From Centroscyllium fabricii (lineage: Eukaryota), in the NCBI GenBank assembly GCA_051313645.2, contig JBNRSN020000133.1:558001-622000 (forward strand): 64,000 nucleotides of DNA. Direction: 5' to 3'. Numbering within the stretch: the stretch's first letter is position 1; the number at the start of each line of letters is the position of its first letter. The notes beneath the pieces are model-generated. The model worked only from the letters and a program-made list of their open reading frames with translations. It was not told the origin of the DNA and searched no databases. Positions 62,321-64,000 of this stretch are shown in pieces. Made by a program: the position numbers and the translations under genes.

Positions 62321-64000
62321 TGTAGTTTAACTACCAGAGTGACACATCAGAGCTCTCTAGAACCGAGAATCCACCTTTAGCCGAGCGGGCCCGCCCCGTT
62401 CCCCTATTGGTCAGTTAGATCAACGGATAATTTCCATAATTGGTCCGTAGGGCTGTCACTCAACAGACCCCACAGTGCTTTGCGTTTTCGCGCCGTTTCT
62501 CTCAGTCCTGCGTTGTTGTGATCGAATAAAGACTTGTTGTATTTTGCTCCGCTGCTTTCCTCCGTTTATCAAGTTTTTAAGAGTGAGAAACTTAGGTTTC
62601 CCACAATTGGTGACCCCGACATTTCAGACATCAATACTGCTGACCCGAACGCGACCGCCGTGGCCCGCCAGACTTTACGGCCGTCGACAGCAAGTCTCCC
62701 ACCCTTCTGGGGACACCAAGCTGCCGCTTGGTTTATACAAATGGAGGCGCAGTTCTGCCTACGATGCATCACTCAGGATGAGGACTGCTATCTCGTCGTG
62801 GTTGCAGCCCTGCCCAGCCACGTCGCCGCCGACATACTCGACTTGCTTCCTGACCCGCCAACTGACGAAAGGTAAATTGCTGTGAAGAAGTGCTTGCTGC
62901 AGGCCCACGACCTACCAGAGGCCGTTCGGGCCCGGCAACTTCCAGAACTACCGGTTCTCAGCGACTCCACGCCCACGCATTTAATGAACCGAATGCTCAC
63001 CCTGCTTGGCGACCACAGGGAGTGCCCTTTGTTTAGGGCACTCTTCATCAACCTGCTTTTACCACCAGTGCAGTCCGCATTGGCAAATTTCAAAGGTGAG
63101 GACTATACCGATTTGGCAGCTGCAGGAGACCGTATCTGCCTCTGCATGCCTAGCGCGAGCGCCAACATGAGGCCCCCAACTCTCTCGCCACAGCCAACAA
63201 CCCGAACTCATCCAGAGCTTTGATACTAGCACACGCACTTCAGCCCGTATGCTCATCGTTGCCGACTTCCTTGCCCCTTCGATGGAAAACTGTCCCAACC
63301 CAAGCCCAAGGATTCCAAACAGCCACGCTGCCAATGCACAGCCGCCGCCAACGCCATGTGCACAGCTGGTCAGTTGCTCGACAGTACAGTCTCTCTCTCT
63401 GGCCAACAATTCCTCTGTGGCACACGGGCCCAGCTCAGCATATTACCAGCCACATGGGCCGATCGACGGTGAGGCCGAAGTGGCCCACTACTTGTAGCCG
63501 TGAATGGCGTAGCTATAGCCACATTCGGTAAGCAGCACGCTGAAATATGATTGGGCGACCAATGCATTGCATGGGACATTGTCACGGCCAACATAGAAAT
63601 TCCATTGCTGGGCGCCGATTTCCTATGTGCTCACGGCCTGATCCTGGACATCTGGGGCAGACGTCTCATGGATGCTTCCACTTTTGCTTTGTTTCCCTGC
63701 CAGCGAGGTGACCGTCAACCCTATGTTAGCTCCTGCTCTCCTACTCTATGCAACAAGTACGTACCTCTGCTGGCCGAATTCCTGTCCCTCATTCAGCCAA
63801 CTTTCTCCGATGGTACCACCAAACATGACGTCCTACATCATCTCACCACTACGCGTCCACTGGTTTTTGCCAGCGCCAGAAGCATCGATCCCACGAATTT
63901 GGCGGATGCCAAACAAAAATTTTCTGCTCTGGAGAAGTTAGGGATCATTCGGCCTTCCAACAGTCCGTGGTCGTTCCCAGTCCATATCGTCCCCAAGCCA
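62321..64000 (+). mobile_element. Second Gypsy (CsRn1-like) element, 5' part, decayed and cut by the window end
   Basis: TG...CA LTR at ~62321-62605 with AATAAA, PBS TGGTGACCCCGAC (62608-62620), gag LPPFWGHQAAAWFIQMEAQF, LLGADFL and SNSPWS motifs with stops. Confidence 0.88.

Overview
Vertebrate (shark) genomic DNA carrying one complete, unrearranged IgNAR (heavy-chain-only 'new antigen receptor') gene cluster on the minus strand. Order: octamer promoter, leader exon (26502-26544), V exon (26084-26361) with 23-RSS, only two D segments (12-D1-22 and 12-D2-12), 23-RSS J (24981-25030), a ~13.8 kb J-C intron, then C1-C5 exons ending in a secretory tail with a penultimate Cys and a polyA signal near 1706. 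All exons have canonical GT/AG sites, join in phase 1 and read open, so the cluster looks functional. The V has only the two canonical cysteines (type IV/IIb-like) and resembles, from memory, spiny-dogfish VNARs. The transmembrane exons are not in the window. The rest is repeats: many CR1/L2 LINE fragments, HE1-type V-SINEs, a DeuSINE, Penelope pLTR remnants with minimal hammerhead-ribozyme motifs, two adjacent PIF/Harbinger-like MITEs, a full-length decayed Gypsy element (39469-43938) and the 5' part of a second, and several minisatellites. Most interesting leads: the 2-D architecture; a J 23-RSS that looks like a 12-RSS plus an 11-bp duplication; a G-rich, WGCW-rich repeat in the J-C intron placed like a switch region; inverted Penelope remnants bracketing C2/C3; and a cluster of perfect splice donors inside MITEs just upstream of C1.
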